From positions 2,234 to 66,233 of the forward strand of contig CAYNFQ010000002.1 in NCBI GenBank assembly GCA_964396715.1: a DNA stretch of 64,000 nucleotides. Direction: 5' to 3'. Positions 1-9,839 of the stretch are shown piece by piece (within the stretch, counting starts at the first letter, position 1; each line of letters begins with the position of its first letter). This DNA comes from an uncultured Gammaproteobacteria bacterium. Lineage in GTDB: Bacteria; Patescibacteriota; Microgenomatia; Daviesbacterales; UBA10151. The position numbers and the translations under genes were made by a program. The notes below the pieces were generated by a model. That model made no database searches. It was given only the letters and a program-made list of their open reading frames with translations, and was not told the DNA's origin.

Positions 1-43
1 AAGCAGGCACGAATTTCCGCAAAATTGCCGCAAAATTGCCGCA

Positions 44-811
44 CTATTTTGATTTTTCTTCAGGAGCAGCTTTTCCTCCAGCTTCAGCCGGAGCCTGACC
101 TTCAGCCGGAGCTTCAGCTCCAGGCGCGCCTTCAGCAACTGCTGCACCCTCTACAGCCTCACCTTCAGCAGGAGTACCTTCGGCAGTTTCAGCCGCCGCT
201 GCAGCTGTTTCAGCAGCTTGCTCTTCCATCAACTTCTCCATTTCTGCAGTGACAGCCGGAGCAAGCTTCACCACAATTTCCTCTGGCTCGGCCTGAAGTG
301 TCAGTTTTGCCCTATCATAATTTAACTGCCCCACAGTAATGGCATCATCAATTTGCTTAAGGGGTGTAATATCCACCTCAATTTTGGAAACCATTTCAGC
401 AGGAAGTGCTTCTACTTCAATCTCATTTAAGGTTTGCAAAACAATGGCCTCGCCCAGATGAACTGATTCCGGCTGTTCACCGATTAAAACCAAAGGCACA
501 CTCACTTTCACCTTCTCCTGCAAGTTTACTTGGTAAAAATCTATATGGATTAAATCTCCGCTGATAGGATCATGCTGGACTTCCCTGATCAACACCGGCC
601 TGACTTTCTCTGTACCGATTTTTAAATCAATTAAACCTGTTTCCCCTGCCAGATGAAAAGTTCTTAAGAATTCTTTTTGGTCAACAGCCACAGTCTCGCC
701 ATCTACCCTTTTGCCAAACACATGGCCTGGAAGCAACCCGTCTTTTCTTAGTCTTTTAACTTTTTTACCAAGGATTACCCGCTCCTGCGCCTGTAAACTT
801 AATCTGTCCAT
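44..811 (-). CDS. rplY: 50S ribosomal protein L25/general stress protein Ctc, with Ala/Glu/Pro-rich low-complexity C-terminal tail
   Basis: N-terminal L25/Ctc beta-barrel motifs (GKKVKRLRKDGLLPGHVFG...); low-complexity acidic tail. Confidence 0.8.
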   Translation of the reverse strand: MDRLSLQAQERVILGKKVKRLRKDGLLPGHVFGKRVDGETVAVDQKEFLRTFHLAGETGLIDLKIGTEKVRPVLIREVQHDPISGDLIHIDFYQVNLQEKVKVSVPLVLIGEQPESVHLGEAIVLQTLNEIEVEALPAEMVSKIEVDITPLKQIDDAITVGQLNYDRAKLTLQAEPEEIVVKLAPAVTAEMEKLMEEQAAETAAAAAETAEGTPAEGEAVEGAAVAEGAPGAEAPAEGQAPAEAGGKAAPEEKSK

Positions 812-888
812 GGTCTAGTAAGATACCACATTTGCCTTTTTTGTACAAGCAACCAAATAAAGCCCAGAGTACCCTCACGTGCGTGATT

Positions 889-1305
889 TCAGGCCAATCC
901 GAGAATGATCACTCCCATAACAAGGATAACTGCTCCCATTAACACCTGCAGCTTCTTTTGAGGCTGGGTGATTTCTTTAAAATAGAAAAGCCCCCATAAA
1001 AAAGAAGATAAAATTACCAGAGAAGAAATTATCGGTACGGCTTTTGAAATACCAAGGCTTAAGATGGCAACTAAAGAAATAGCGTTTGCCACAGCCCATA
1101 AAAATCCGCTGATTAGTCCGTATACATTTAGATTTAAAGGGTATCCTAAAATTAAAGAAAGAAAAAAACCTGAAGCAAGGATACCCAAACCCATTAGTGC
1201 CTGGAATTGAATTAACCGTGAAGATTGGGATAACTTAAACGGAACAGTATAAGAACCCCAGGCCAAAGCTGCCCCCAGTGCTGCTAAAAATCCTAATGAC
1301 TCCAT
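889..1305 (-). CDS. small 4-TM membrane protein (EamA/DMT-like half transporter?)
   Basis: 138 aa, four hydrophobic helices, no other motif. Confidence 0.35.
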   Translation of the reverse strand: MESLGFLAALGAALAWGSYTVPFKLSQSSRLIQFQALMGLGILASGFFLSLILGYPLNLNVYGLISGFLWAVANAISLVAILSLGISKAVPIISSLVILSSFLWGLFYFKEITQPQKKLQVLMGAVILVMGVIILGLA

Positions 1306-1374
1306 CTAACAAGTGTACCATGCCCTGCTGCAAGCTGGCCAAATAATGCCCGAGGTTTGCTCACGTCTTGGAAA

Positions 1375-4209
1375 TTATTTGTTAAATACCACCTCAAATG
1401 ACCGGTTGCGCGACAAATCTGTGGAGATGCTTTGCTCCTGCGGGCCAATCTCTATTCCCTGTTGGGAAGATAAACTGTAGTTTAACGGGTAGGTTAGACT
1501 CCACTCAAAAGGATCTTGTAAGGTGCCGGCCTGCTTGATAACATCCAGCCTGTATTGGGCTTTGCCCTCTTTAAAATCCAGTTTGGTAGGTATTTCATAA
1601 TCTAAAACCAAACTTTTTGCCTCTTTTGGCGAAAGTGAGATCAGGAAAGAATAACCTGACCTGCCGTAGTCCACAAAGCTCTCTACATCCTTGGTAATAT
1701 CACTCTCCCCCCACAAAACTCTCACTATTTTAGCCCCAAACGGCAGATAAACCCTCATCCTGTTTTTATATTTCCCGGCCGGCCAGCTGTTGGAGGGGCT
1801 TTTGTTAATATAACCAATCCGCAGTCTGTGCCTAAGATCCCCATCCTTGCCTACCACAGTTTCCAGGCGGTAATTTCTTTCCAGATAATAGTTGGCTTTA
1901 TTTGCCCCTAAATTGGCCTCTACAGGTGCTAGAAAATCCTGAAGCGTTCCGCCTGTTTCGCTGCCGGCCCTTGGCATAGCATTTGTCCAACCCTGGGAAA
2001 CAAGGTAGGAGAACAGTTTAGGATGATCCAGATAGATGCTCATATGCTTTTCCTCCAAAGATTTTCCCAAACTAGCTACAATCCCCGGCCAATTCTGGTT
2101 AGGCACAAAGATCAGTTTATTAAATAATTGGGAAGTCAGGGCTGTCAAAAAGTTTTTCTTGGCCTGGGAGCCCGGGAAAAAGCTTAACTCCGCATGAGCG
2201 ATGGCTTTTTCAAATAAGTTATCTGCAGTGATTTTTTCATTATAATCAGGCAAATCCAACGGCCCGATCGTCTCCAGTAAATTTTCCATAGCAGAAACAT
2301 CTAGGGCTAAAACTCCCTCCACTCTCTCCCCTGTTTCCTTATTGTAAAACCACTCTGATTGCCTGGCAGATGTGGGAAAATCCGGCTCCCAGTTGGCATC
2401 CCGCAGATACCAGTCTTTTTGTCCCAAATCCTCCCTGATCTCCTTTGGTGGTTCAACATGAAAGTTCAACTGTCCATCAATTGCATAGATATCCTCAACA
2501 TCCAATCTTTTCAGTTTTCCTCCCTCAAAAGTAATGAGGGCATATGAACCAATAAAACCGCCTGCTGGCCGAAGTTCCATATTATTTTGCAGCAGTACCA
2601 GATAGCTTTTAGCACCTTCCCAAGCCACCAGTCCGGGCAGTAAAACGCTCACGGCCCGGCCGTTTTTGACCAAATTTCTATAATGTGACAGTCTGCTTTC
2701 CAAACCATCCACTTGATCTTTTAAAATAGCGGGCAGACTCATTTTAAACTCCTCTGTATTTAATAAAGCGTAGGCTTTGGAAATTTGCTCATCAGCAAAG
2801 GTCAGCTGCAAATTAGCTTTCTCAAAATACTCTTTTGGTGAACCTGTTTCCTCCCCTGTGACGCTCCTAAGCCCCTGATAAAGCTCCTCCACTCCCAAAA
2901 CTGCTGACTTGGCTGACAGTATGGAATAAGTTGCCAGGGATGAAAGCCCGTCTCCAATACTGAAAGCCGGATCCAAAACTGGCATCTTTCTTAACGGTGC
3001 CAAAGATTTAAACATATTTTTCGCACCCCCAAGTCCGTATTCAGCCTGAGAAAGGTTGATTAAACTTTTGTCAAATTCCCCTTTTCCCAAATTTTTGGCA
3101 GCCTCAAGCAATTGGTACCTGAAAGTGAAAACTGCCCACCCGACTGAAACAGCCGGCCAAATCAGCGCATAAAAAATCAGCCCGATTGCCAAAGATAAAT
3201 AAATTTTGCCCAGAGGAAGTTTAAATTTTGGTAATTTAATTGCCCGCTTTGTTTTAGGTTTTGGTGCATCTTTTTTTTCTTCTCTTAAAACCTGCAGTTG
3301 TTCTTTCTTTTCATCTTCCATCTCAGGTACTTTTAACTCGTGGTCTTTAAAATAACTTAAAGTCTCCCTTAAGGCCTTCACAATGCCCACTCTTGGGCGC
3401 CAGTTTAAAAACCTGATGGTTTTTTCTGAGTTGGGAGTTGGCCAGGGCGGTAAAGATTGCGGGCTAAAACTTCTCTCCTCATACCACAAAGGGTCTAAAA
3501 GTATTTGTTTAATCTCCGCTACTTTGATTGGCGAAGATAAAACTCCGTCAAAGATTTTTTGGGCAGTTGCTCCTGAAAAGAGGCTTTTTACCATCAAATC
3601 CAGCGCATCCTCAATATACAAAGCCCTGGTGGAAAAATCCAAAGACACCTCTTTTTGTAAATCTTCCCTCAGGGCCTGCTGGATTAATTTCACCAGAGGA
3701 TCTTTAATCTGAAAGTGCATCCTTGGCCCGTACACCGGACCGAGCCTTAACACCCTGGCATTTAAATTATTCTCCTTGGCAAAGGCAGCCAGTTTAGCCT
3801 CTATTTTTTTAAGCCAGTCGTGCTCGCCCGACCCCCGATCATATAGCTCTATTGAGGAAAGCAGCAGGCACCTTGAACCTGTCTTTTTAAGTAGCTTTAA
3901 AATATTATCTATATTCCAATCTCTGCTGGTGGATAAAACCACATAATCCAGCCTGGGAATATCCAATTCCAAATTTTGAGCATTATCTACTATGAAATGA
4001 AAATTGTTGTCTTTGACAGCATTTTCCAGATTTTGCTTAAAACCTGTGGATAAGTTATCCACCCCGATCACCTGAATTCCTTTTTTCAGCAATTCATCAA
4101 CCAGAGAAGATCCTAAAAAACCCGCTGCTCCCACGACCAAAGCCACAGGAGTGTTTCGCGAAAGGCTTATACTATTTTTTTTGATGATATTTATCTCTGT
4201 TTCATCCAC
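1375..4209 (-). CDS. NAD-dependent epimerase/dehydratase-like Rossmann domain fused to a large membrane-anchored C-terminal domain (DUF4012-like), probable cell-envelope polysaccharide protein
   Basis: N-terminal VVGAAGFLGSSLVDELL GxxGxxG motif; central TM segment; approximately 550-aa C-terminal domain of unknown function. Confidence 0.5.
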   Translation of the reverse strand: MDETEINIIKKNSISLSRNTPVALVVGAAGFLGSSLVDELLKKGIQVIGVDNLSTGFKQNLENAVKDNNFHFIVDNAQNLELDIPRLDYVVLSTSRDWNIDNILKLLKKTGSRCLLLSSIELYDRGSGEHDWLKKIEAKLAAFAKENNLNARVLRLGPVYGPRMHFQIKDPLVKLIQQALREDLQKEVSLDFSTRALYIEDALDLMVKSLFSGATAQKIFDGVLSSPIKVAEIKQILLDPLWYEERSFSPQSLPPWPTPNSEKTIRFLNWRPRVGIVKALRETLSYFKDHELKVPEMEDEKKEQLQVLREEKKDAPKPKTKRAIKLPKFKLPLGKIYLSLAIGLIFYALIWPAVSVGWAVFTFRYQLLEAAKNLGKGEFDKSLINLSQAEYGLGGAKNMFKSLAPLRKMPVLDPAFSIGDGLSSLATYSILSAKSAVLGVEELYQGLRSVTGEETGSPKEYFEKANLQLTFADEQISKAYALLNTEEFKMSLPAILKDQVDGLESRLSHYRNLVKNGRAVSVLLPGLVAWEGAKSYLVLLQNNMELRPAGGFIGSYALITFEGGKLKRLDVEDIYAIDGQLNFHVEPPKEIREDLGQKDWYLRDANWEPDFPTSARQSEWFYNKETGERVEGVLALDVSAMENLLETIGPLDLPDYNEKITADNLFEKAIAHAELSFFPGSQAKKNFLTALTSQLFNKLIFVPNQNWPGIVASLGKSLEEKHMSIYLDHPKLFSYLVSQGWTNAMPRAGSETGGTLQDFLAPVEANLGANKANYYLERNYRLETVVGKDGDLRHRLRIGYINKSPSNSWPAGKYKNRMRVYLPFGAKIVRVLWGESDITKDVESFVDYGRSGYSFLISLSPKEAKSLVLDYEIPTKLDFKEGKAQYRLDVIKQAGTLQDPFEWSLTYPLNYSLSSQQGIEIGPQEQSISTDLSRNRSFEVVFNK

Positions 4210-4271
4210 GCGTAAATCGTAGCAGAGAAAAATAAGAATGCAATATGGAGGAAGTAGATCTTAATGGATAA

Positions 4272-4682
4272 TTATTGCTTATCAAGCGCCCAATTGGCCA
4301 GTTGGTCGGCTAAGGTATTTTGTGCGCGAGGAATGTGGCTGTAAACAACACCACCCAGCTCCATTGCTAAAATTTTAATTTGTTCAATCATTGGCTTAAG
4401 ATGTTTTGCTTTAACCTTAAACCTACCCGATAATTGTTCTGCCACCAGCTTTGAATCTGCAAAAAGTTCTATTTGAAGCTGTTCCTGCCCAGGTGCATAC
4501 TGCTTAATGTGTTTTAGCGCTGCCAAAACCGCAGTATATTCTGCTACATTGTTGGTGGTAATTCCAATTATTTTACCGACTTTGTGTAAAATATTGCCCT
4601 TCTCATCAGAAATCACAAAACCATAGGCTGCAGGTCCTGGATTACCGCGGGATGCTCCATCAGTAAATATGGTTAATTTCAT
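4272..4682 (-). CDS. rnhA: ribonuclease HI
   Basis: FTDGASRGNPGPAAYG signature and DEDD catalytic residues; 136 aa. Confidence 0.85.
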   Translation of the reverse strand: MKLTIFTDGASRGNPGPAAYGFVISDEKGNILHKVGKIIGITTNNVAEYTAVLAALKHIKQYAPGQEQLQIELFADSKLVAEQLSGRFKVKAKHLKPMIEQIKILAMELGGVVYSHIPRAQNTLADQLANWALDKQ

Positions 4683-5917
4683 CTTAACAGACTAACAAGC
4701 AGCATCAGCAAAATCAAGTACTCGGATACCACAGTGGTAGTGGCTGCTGCCATAAACGAATAAGCAGGGATGTAGATAAAATTTAAGACTAAGTTGATCG
4801 CCAAACCGAACGCGTAAATTATCAGCAATGTCTTATATCTACCCTTGCCAATTAAAATCCACATCAAAAGCGAGGACAAAAAATAGGCCGGGAAACCTGC
4901 GGATAATATTTGCAGGCTTTGAGAAGAACCGATAAATCCTCCTCCTGTCAAAAGATTTATCACGGTTGGCGCCAGCATGAGTGTTAGCGCCATACCCAAA
5001 CCAGCCAGCAACAATAAACCCAGTCCAATAATCTTGCTGCCTTGGTAAGATTTCAGCATCAGCGGATAATAAGCATTCATAATAAAGGTGGGCAAAACCA
5101 GGGCTGATTGGAAAATTGAATAGGCAATATTATATATTCCGGCATCAGATACACCTTTAAAATAGGCCACCATAAATGAATCTGCCCGAAAATAGATCAC
5201 ATTTAACCCTAAAGTTGCGGCAATGGGCCAACTGCTTGTGATAAGTTTTTTGGAAAAGGTCGCATCAAAAATAGGTGTCATTGTTTGAGTAATTTTCCTG
5301 GAAAATATTACAGCCAAAAAAACTACCAGTATCCAGTTTAAAACCTGGGCAAAGATTAAATACAAAAGGGGGAAGTTGGCATTAACAAACCAGATCACCA
5401 GCAATAAATTTAACACAGTGCCTGCTGATGTTGCCGCAACAGACAAATCATATCTTAATTTGGACTGAAACAACAAGTTAATGCTGACAAAAATGGCAGA
5501 TCCAAAAATGATCGGGCTGCCAAAGATAACCAGTTTTCTGAATACATCACCCCCGATAGGCAGAAGGGGGAGCACGATTATGGAAAGTGCCATTAGTATT
5601 GCTGCCCATACAATTCTTGTTCCTAAAAGTTTCCTAAACATCTGCTTCTGCAGACTGAAGACTGAAGACTGAAGACTTTTTAAAACATGCGCATTAAAAC
5701 CAAAATCGGAAAGCAGCATAAACATGGACAGGTAAGTCAGGGCCAGAGTAAAAATACCTGTTCCTTCCTCACCAAACTTTCTGGTGATAAGACCCAAGAT
5801 GATGATGGTGGAGAAAACAGACACGGCTTTGCCTGCAATCTGCCACATTGTTTGCTGGGAAATTTTTAAAATTTGACTCACGCTTTTAATTCTAACATGG
5901 AAAGGCTCAGTCCCCAA
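4679..5917 (-). CDS. polysaccharide biosynthesis flippase (MOP/Wzx-like), 12-14 TM
   Basis: Polytopic membrane protein with Wzx-like topology. The start is probably the internal Met near 5848, because the N-terminus overlaps the upstream gene. Contains an in-frame GACTGAA x3 tandem repeat at 5652-5676. Confidence 0.55.
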   Translation of the reverse strand: MGTEPFHVRIKSVSQILKISQQTMWQIAGKAVSVFSTIIILGLITRKFGEEGTGIFTLALTYLSMFMLLSDFGFNAHVLKSLQSSVFSLQKQMFRKLLGTRIVWAAILMALSIIVLPLLPIGGDVFRKLVIFGSPIIFGSAIFVSINLLFQSKLRYDLSVAATSAGTVLNLLLVIWFVNANFPLLYLIFAQVLNWILVVFLAVIFSRKITQTMTPIFDATFSKKLITSSWPIAATLGLNVIYFRADSFMVAYFKGVSDAGIYNIAYSIFQSALVLPTFIMNAYYPLMLKSYQGSKIIGLGLLLLAGLGMALTLMLAPTVINLLTGGGFIGSSQSLQILSAGFPAYFLSSLLMWILIGKGRYKTLLIIYAFGLAINLVLNFIYIPAYSFMAAATTTVVSEYLILLMLLVSLLR

Positions 5918-7155
5918 ATTAAAAATAGCAGTCTTATTCCTTGGGGCAGGGTTAAAAAGTAGTGATCAAATAATCCTAAAAATAGCATGGTTCCCCAAAT
6001 AATTGGAAATCTGTCTGCCGACAGGCAAGATTTGAGACCTGTCTGCCGACAGGCAAGATTGGAAATCTGTCTGCCGACAGGCAAGATTGGAAATTGTTTT
6101 AATATAGGATATCCCAAAAGCCCCAACCACCCTAACAGTCCCAACATCCCTGTTTCAGAAAGAGCCAAAAGGAAAATATTATGCACCGGCTGTAAAAAGC
6201 GGCTGGGGCCTGATATTAACTCAGACGACAAAGAGGGAATAAAGTTATTTAAACCTACTCCAGATACAGGATTTTTCCAAAATAGCTCCAGTGCTGATCT
6301 AGTCAATTCTTCTCTTCTCAAAAAAGTCAGCTGATCATAGTTAAATATGGCTGCAAAACGCGTATATAAAATGGGCATTAGCAAAAAAATAACCAAAAGC
6401 AACAGTAACCGTCCTCTGGTCTTAAGTATCAGCAGAGCAGATGCCAAGCCGGCAATTATGGCTGTTCTGGAAAAAGTAAGCAGTGTCGTCATTCCCGCGA
6501 AGGCGGGAATCCAATTAGCCGTTTTGTTTATGGATCCCTGCTTCCGCAGGGATGACAGGATCACAACTGTGATAACCATAAATGCAGCCAAAATATTAGG
6601 ATGGGGGAAGGTTCCATAAGGCCTTAAAAACTCACGTCCATAAAAATCAAACTTGGCAATACCAGGGGTGGAGAGAGAAAAACTGCGCTCACCCAGTATC
6701 CAAAGACCGATTGTGCCTTCTTTTAAAAACTGCAGGATTGCCAAGGTGGATTCAAAAAGAACCGCAAAAGCTAGCGGCGTATATAACTTTGCCCTCAGCA
6801 CTGCCCACTTTGTACTCGCTATATACACCCCAAACAGCCCTGCTATCAGATACTGCTCCAATCTGATAAACCCAACCCCCAATGCTTGCGGGTTAAAAAG
6901 CAGTGAAACAGTTTGAGTCAAAATAAAAAAATAAAAAAAAGTTAAGGCTAGTCTGTTGATGTGTTTACCGGAAAAAAGGCATACCACCCATAAAACAATT
7001 ACCAAAATATCCCAAAAATAAAGAGTGGGGGAAAGATAGTCAATTGGCAGGGAATAGATAAAAGAGAACTGGGGCCAGAAATGCCGTCCAAGCTGGGTGG
7101 GAAGGAAGAGCAGGACTAAAAATAGTAAGGTTCTTTCTAAATTCGCAAGAGTCAT
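5878..7155 (-). CDS. O-antigen ligase/Wzy-like polytopic membrane protein
   Basis: Multi-TM with a large periplasmic loop typical of the WaaL/Wzy family. The 3' end runs through a 28-bp x3 palindromic tandem repeat, so the true C-terminus is uncertain. Confidence 0.5.
   Translation of the reverse strand: MTLANLERTLLFLVLLFLPTQLGRHFWPQFSFIYSLPIDYLSPTLYFWDILVIVLWVVCLFSGKHINRLALTFFYFFILTQTVSLLFNPQALGVGFIRLEQYLIAGLFGVYIASTKWAVLRAKLYTPLAFAVLFESTLAILQFLKEGTIGLWILGERSFSLSTPGIAKFDFYGREFLRPYGTFPHPNILAAFMVITVVILSSLRKQGSINKTANWIPAFAGMTTLLTFSRTAIIAGLASALLILKTRGRLLLLLVIFLLMPILYTRFAAIFNYDQLTFLRREELTRSALELFWKNPVSGVGLNNFIPSLSSELISGPSRFLQPVHNIFLLALSETGMLGLLGWLGLLGYPILKQFPILPVGRQISNLACRQTGLKSCLSADRFPIIWGTMLFLGLFDHYFLTLPQGIRLLFLIWGLSLSMLELKA
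6003..6094. repeat. 28-bp tandem repeat x3, each unit containing hairpin CTGTCTGCCGACAGGCAAG
   Basis: Units at 6011-6030, 6039-6058 and 6067-6086, with TTGGAAAT/TTTGAGAC spacers. Confidence 0.8.
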
Positions 7156-7199
7156 TTCGTAACACTCGGAATGACTCGGAGGGCCAGAATTTCAGAATA

Positions 7200-7694
7200 T
7201 CAGACGGTCTGACTTTCTGATTTATCTGAGTCTTCCTGAGTTTTCTGGATCACTGGTTTTATCACCACATGCCTATCTCTTCCCTCGCCCACACTCTCAG
7301 TCATCAGTCCCTCTATCTCACCCACCACCATATGTACCACCCTTCTTTGCCAGGGAGATTGCGGCTCAAGTTCAATTTCCTTGCCTGTTGCCAAAACTTC
7401 CTTCCCCAATTCTTTTGAACGGGCAGCCAGTTCCTCTTCTTTTTGCTTTCTCCAGCCTGAAACATCCAAGATCACCCTTTTAAACCCTTCTTCTCCAGCT
7501 TTCTTGGAAATGATCTGGTTTATCAGAAGCTGCAATCCCTCCAAAGACTCGCCTCTTGTGCCAATCAGCCTTCCCGCATCTTTTGTTTCTATGGAAACCT
7601 CAAACCCCTGATCGGTTTCTTCAATCTCATAGCTTCCCTCCAAAAGAAGCAGCCCCAATATATTATCTAGTACATCTGATAGTTGTTTTTCCAT
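7200..7694 (-). CDS. jag: Jag/KhpB-like RNA-binding protein (KH + R3H domains)
   Basis: R3H-like C-terminus (QRRVVHMVV...); conserved position downstream of yidC. Confidence 0.7.
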   Translation of the reverse strand: MEKQLSDVLDNILGLLLLEGSYEIEETDQGFEVSIETKDAGRLIGTRGESLEGLQLLINQIISKKAGEEGFKRVILDVSGWRKQKEEELAARSKELGKEVLATGKEIELEPQSPWQRRVVHMVVGEIEGLMTESVGEGRDRHVVIKPVIQKTQEDSDKSESQTV

Positions 7695-7749
7695 AACTTA
7701 TTAAATTCGAAATCCTAATATAATTTTGGATTTTGATATTTGAATTTGT

Positions 7750-8607
7750 TTAGGATTTCGGGCTTCGAATTTTGAATTTTCCGACATAGTCGGATAATCC
7801 TCCCCAGCCGGAAATTTTATACTGCTGGATAATCCCCAGTATTGTATACGTATTCCAATAAATTGCAAGCCCTATGGGAAAAGTAAAGGCAAAATAACCG
7901 ATCATCACCGGCATTAGATATACCATTTGAGACTGAACCTGTCCCATACTCTCTTCCAAACCTTCTTTTTCTTTTTTCTCTTGCGGAGAATCCGCAGGAT
8001 AGGTTTTTACTGGTTTGGCAAGCATCATTTTGGACTGGACAAAGGTGAGGGCGGCGGTAATCAAAGGTATGGTCAAAAGAATTGGTCCGTAAGTTGTAAA
8101 CTCAGAGGGTTTGACTGCCAAGTTAATACCCAAAAAGCTCGGGTCCAGCCCTGGTGGAAGTTTTAAATTTGGAAAATAAAGCAGGGTATTAATCTTATCT
8201 ATCTGCCCGCCTGCGCCGGGAATAATATTTAACAGTGCCTGATATAAAGCAATAAAAATGGGGATTTGGATTAAGGCCGGCAAACAGCCGCCTGCCGGAT
8301 TAACACCGTGTTCTTTATATAAAGCCATTTGTGCTTGTGCCAAAGCCTGTTTATTGTCAGTGTGTTTTTTCTTAAGCTCGTCCATGTGCGGTTTTAAGTC
8401 TGCCATTTTTTTGGCTGATTTTATCTGGGAGCTCATAAAAGGCCAGACCAGGATTCTAATGATTACTGTTAAAAGAATTATTGATAATCCCAGGGCTCCG
8501 GGGATAGATACTGCTTGCAACCCCTGGAAAATTAGTACCAAAAGATTGACTGTCGGGCCGTAAAAAATCAGGTTAAAAATATCCCCTATTACCCCCATTA
8601 CCTGCAC
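7750..8607 (-). CDS. yidC: membrane protein insertase YidC/Oxa1 (short form)
   Basis: Conserved GCLPALIQIPIFIALYQAL motif; five TM segments; synteny with rnpA-yidD. Confidence 0.85.
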   Translation of the reverse strand: MQVMGVIGDIFNLIFYGPTVNLLVLIFQGLQAVSIPGALGLSIILLTVIIRILVWPFMSSQIKSAKKMADLKPHMDELKKKHTDNKQALAQAQMALYKEHGVNPAGGCLPALIQIPIFIALYQALLNIIPGAGGQIDKINTLLYFPNLKLPPGLDPSFLGINLAVKPSEFTTYGPILLTIPLITAALTFVQSKMMLAKPVKTYPADSPQEKKEKEGLEESMGQVQSQMVYLMPVMIGYFAFTFPIGLAIYWNTYTILGIIQQYKISGWGGLSDYVGKFKIRSPKS

Positions 8608-8798
8608 CTCCAGATTCTTTTTATACCCAGCCAGCTTCCCCTAAAAACCCCCCAATCCCTAATCGCTGTTTTAGTATATTCAGAGCAGGAGAGGGAGTAT
8701 TTGCAGGCACCGCCAGGGGCAAAAACACACAGTAACCCCCGATCAAAAGACAAAAATCTCTGATAAAAATTTATTAAACCTATTATTATTTTTTTCAT
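8598..8798 (-). CDS. yidD: membrane protein insertion efficiency factor YidD
   Basis: 66 aa with the conserved Cys pattern (CVFAPGGACKYSLSCSEY); overlaps yidC. Confidence 0.7.
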   Translation of the reverse strand: MKKIIIGLINFYQRFLSFDRGLLCVFAPGGACKYSLSCSEYTKTAIRDWGVFRGSWLGIKRIWRCR

Positions 8799-8877
8799 AG
8801 TTTTTATGGTGACTTCTCGCTTTGCTCGAAGAATAAATTATTGTTCGAACGAAAGTGAGAACATACCTTAAAGACTA

Positions 8878-9213
8878 CTATATAATTTTTTCATCTTTAA
8901 GTTTTGACTCCACATCCAATAAGACGTCTCCTGATTTTACATTAAGTATGCTCTGTTTGGGAAGAGCCACTATATTGATGGTAGATGGTAGGTCATGGAT
9001 GATAGATTGGACAGCTTGAGATACCAAGCGTTTTACCCTATTCCTCTCAGTAGCCTTTTTAAAAATCCTTGATGAAACAGCAATGCCAACTCTGGGAGTC
9101 TTGTTTTCCCCCCACCTAATAAATAGTTTCAGATACCTGCTTTCTATCTTTTTACCAGAGGCTACCCACTTAAAATCTGTTTTTAAATTAAGTCTTTGGG
9201 ATTTGGGAAGCAT
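8878..9213 (-). CDS. rnpA: ribonuclease P protein component
   Basis: Basic 111-aa protein with LKTDFKW...RNRVKRLVSQAV motifs; directly downstream of rpmH. Confidence 0.8.
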   Translation of the reverse strand: MLPKSQRLNLKTDFKWVASGKKIESRYLKLFIRWGENKTPRVGIAVSSRIFKKATERNRVKRLVSQAVQSIIHDLPSTINIVALPKQSILNVKSGDVLLDVESKLKDEKII

Positions 9214-9352
9214 CTAGATAGTAAGCCTTGTTCTGCCCTGAACTCTTCTTCTCTTAATTACCCCTCTTCCACCGGCAGTTGCAATTCTGGCTCTGTAACC
9301 ATGTTTTCTGACTCTTTTTAATTTTTTAGGCTGGTAAACTCTTTTTGGCATA
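9214..9352 (-). CDS. rpmH: 50S ribosomal protein L34
   Basis: Hand translation of the minus strand gives [45 protein letters not shown]. Not in the ORF track because it is below the length cut-off. Confidence 0.85.
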
Positions 9353-9488
9353 GAGAAATTTTATCGGCGCTTTGAGGGCTTAGATTGAATATCCTTCTTT
9401 ATCAGTGAAAGCCAAATTCCTAATGCTATAATTGCCAACAGGCCAAATACTATAGATGAATTAAAAACATCTAACCAATTTATTTGAC

Positions 9489-9698
9489 TCATAATTGATC
9501 CTCCAGTCTCGCTAAATACCAACTGGCGAGTAAAAATATTATAACAAACAACAACCCCTTAATCAACACAAATAATATCTCCCACCAATTTGTCAGACCA
9601 CTTAAGGCAGGAGTTACAAATGCAGCAACAAAATAGGCTTTTGCAATATCCAGGCAAAAATTAGATAAAATCCCAGCCAATTTTGAATCCAAAACCAT
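9489..9698 (-). CDS. hypothetical small membrane protein
   Basis: 69-aa ORF with two hydrophobic helices; no homology recognised. Confidence 0.25.
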   Translation of the reverse strand: MVLDSKLAGILSNFCLDIAKAYFVAAFVTPALSGLTNWWEILFVLIKGLLFVIIFLLASWYLARLEDQL

Positions 9699-9805
9699 AA
9701 ATTCATTATACAGCTAAGTCATGGTCTATTGTATCGTAACTTTTTAAACTTGATCTACTTTTTAATAGTTTCTCCATATTGTGGAAAGCCTGACAGTGGA
9801 TTAAA

Positions 9806-9818
9806 TTGTGGATAAGTT
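9806..9818. promoter_or_regulatory. DnaA box (TGTGGATAA) in the dnaA leader
   Basis: Perfect reverse DnaA box at 9809-9817, about 25 bp upstream of the dnaA start. Confidence 0.5.
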
Positions 9819-9839
9819 TTCCACTGCCTCCAAGCTCCT

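Noticed and set aside
25-252. Plus-strand 75-aa ORF at the window start
   Set aside because: Lies entirely antisense to the well-supported rplY gene; it is a low-complexity reverse-frame artefact.
6003-6094. CRISPR array
   Set aside because: 28-bp repeats are present, but the 8-bp 'spacers' are too short and two are identical; this is a plain tandem repeat.
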